Shown: positions 26,735 through 27,113 of the stretch, piece by piece
Numbering within the stretch: the stretch's first letter is position 1
Layout of the letters: every line of letters starts with the position of its first letter
Assembly (NCBI GenBank): GCA_040219255.1
Contig: JAVJSW010000061.1
Coordinates: forward strand, 1-27,113
Length of the DNA: 27,113 nucleotides
From: Sumerlaeia bacterium
GTDB lineage: Bacteria; Sumerlaeota; Sumerlaeia; SLMS01; JAHLLQ01
Direction: 5' to 3'
Position numbers and translations under genes: made by a program
The notes under the pieces: model-generated
Told to the model about the DNA's origin: nothing
The model's input: the letters and a program-made list of their open reading frames with translations, nothing else
Databases searched by the model: none

Positions 26735-26973
26735 GTAAGCGTCAGTTGAGCCACGTTCCCGGCGGCCTTGCCATCGTCCGTGGCAGGGCGTAGCGTCTCC
26801 ACGAGCCTCGAGCCCGCTTGGCCTGAGGAACCACCGTTTCGCTCGCGTTGGTCTTTTGCAGATGTTGACTGCTGTCGAGTCTTCAGCCGATTTCGGCCGC
26901 ATCCTCGGTTGCAGCCCGAGCCGCCGCCCAGCGGTCCGGCAACCATTGAGCCAATTGGCTTTGCGGCGAGTCC
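26735..26973 (-). mobile_element. Right end of an IS66-family element with TnpC C-terminal remnant
   Basis: IS66-type end GTAAGCGTCAGTTGAGCC at 26735; minus frame 26972-26883 reads DSPQSQLAQWLPDRWAAARAATEDAAEIG*, resembling the TnpC C-terminal L-x-x-[WL]-L-P-x-x-W motif. Confidence 0.65.
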
Positions 26974-27113
26974 GTAAACGTCCTACGAGCCCCATCTTGA
27001 CCATCGCCGGGGTCCTGTGCGATTCTGCCTCCTCATTTTATACACGGAGAGCAGGTCATGGAACACAAGACCCCCGGCTTCACATCCGGCGCGAAGCGAA
27101 TGCACTGGCAGGC
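26974..27113 (+). mobile_element. Left end of a second IS66-family element; tnpA-like ORF starts at 27058 and runs off the window
   Basis: GTAAACGTCCTACGAGCC terminus; TTGACC (26997) with TGn-GATTCT promoter-like boxes; GGAG RBS; MEHKTPGFTSGAKRMHWQ resembles the TnpA K-R-x-x-W start. Confidence 0.65.

Noticed and set aside
26582-27004. 140-aa minus-strand ORF and other short ORFs at the right end
   Set aside because: They cross the IS66 termini and have no recognisable motifs; better explained as IS remnants.

Overview
High-GC bacterial chromosomal window with no photosynthesis genes. A Sumerlaeota/BRC1- or PVC-like host is only a weak guess. From left to right it holds: the end of an F1Fo ATP synthase operon (acidic tail of the gene upstream of atpG, then atpG, atpD and a truncated atpC); a lower-GC pair of secreted proteins; a SOUL heme-binding lipoprotein; and pckA. 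Next is a co-oriented 11-gene cluster (8239-15199) encoding a 2Fe-2S ferredoxin, two V4R proteins, a W-repeat protein, a phycobiliprotein-like globin with an intact Cys-x-Arg-Asp bilin site, a Ser/Thr kinase, two acidic disordered proteins, two deviant ParA/MinD ATPases and a ferredoxin-dependent bilin reductase. A convergent minus-strand block follows (DppC-type permease, TIGR02757 protein, GAF-GGDEF-HD-GYP protein, carboxypeptidase-regulatory-like repeat protein, pepF). The window ends in an accessory zone: a short inverted-repeat element, a 5'-truncated RHS toxin with a low-GC lipoprotein, an integrase fragment and nested IS66 ends. The main finding is the bilin cluster. Its core resembles the Synechocystis slr0144-slr0152 cluster and the BBAG/pre-PcyA clusters of non-phototrophs. 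Here it is extended by a kinase, putative scaffolds and a ParA/MinD pair, which suggests a spatially positioned bilin-based signalling complex. All family calls come from motif recognition by eye; no database searches were run.
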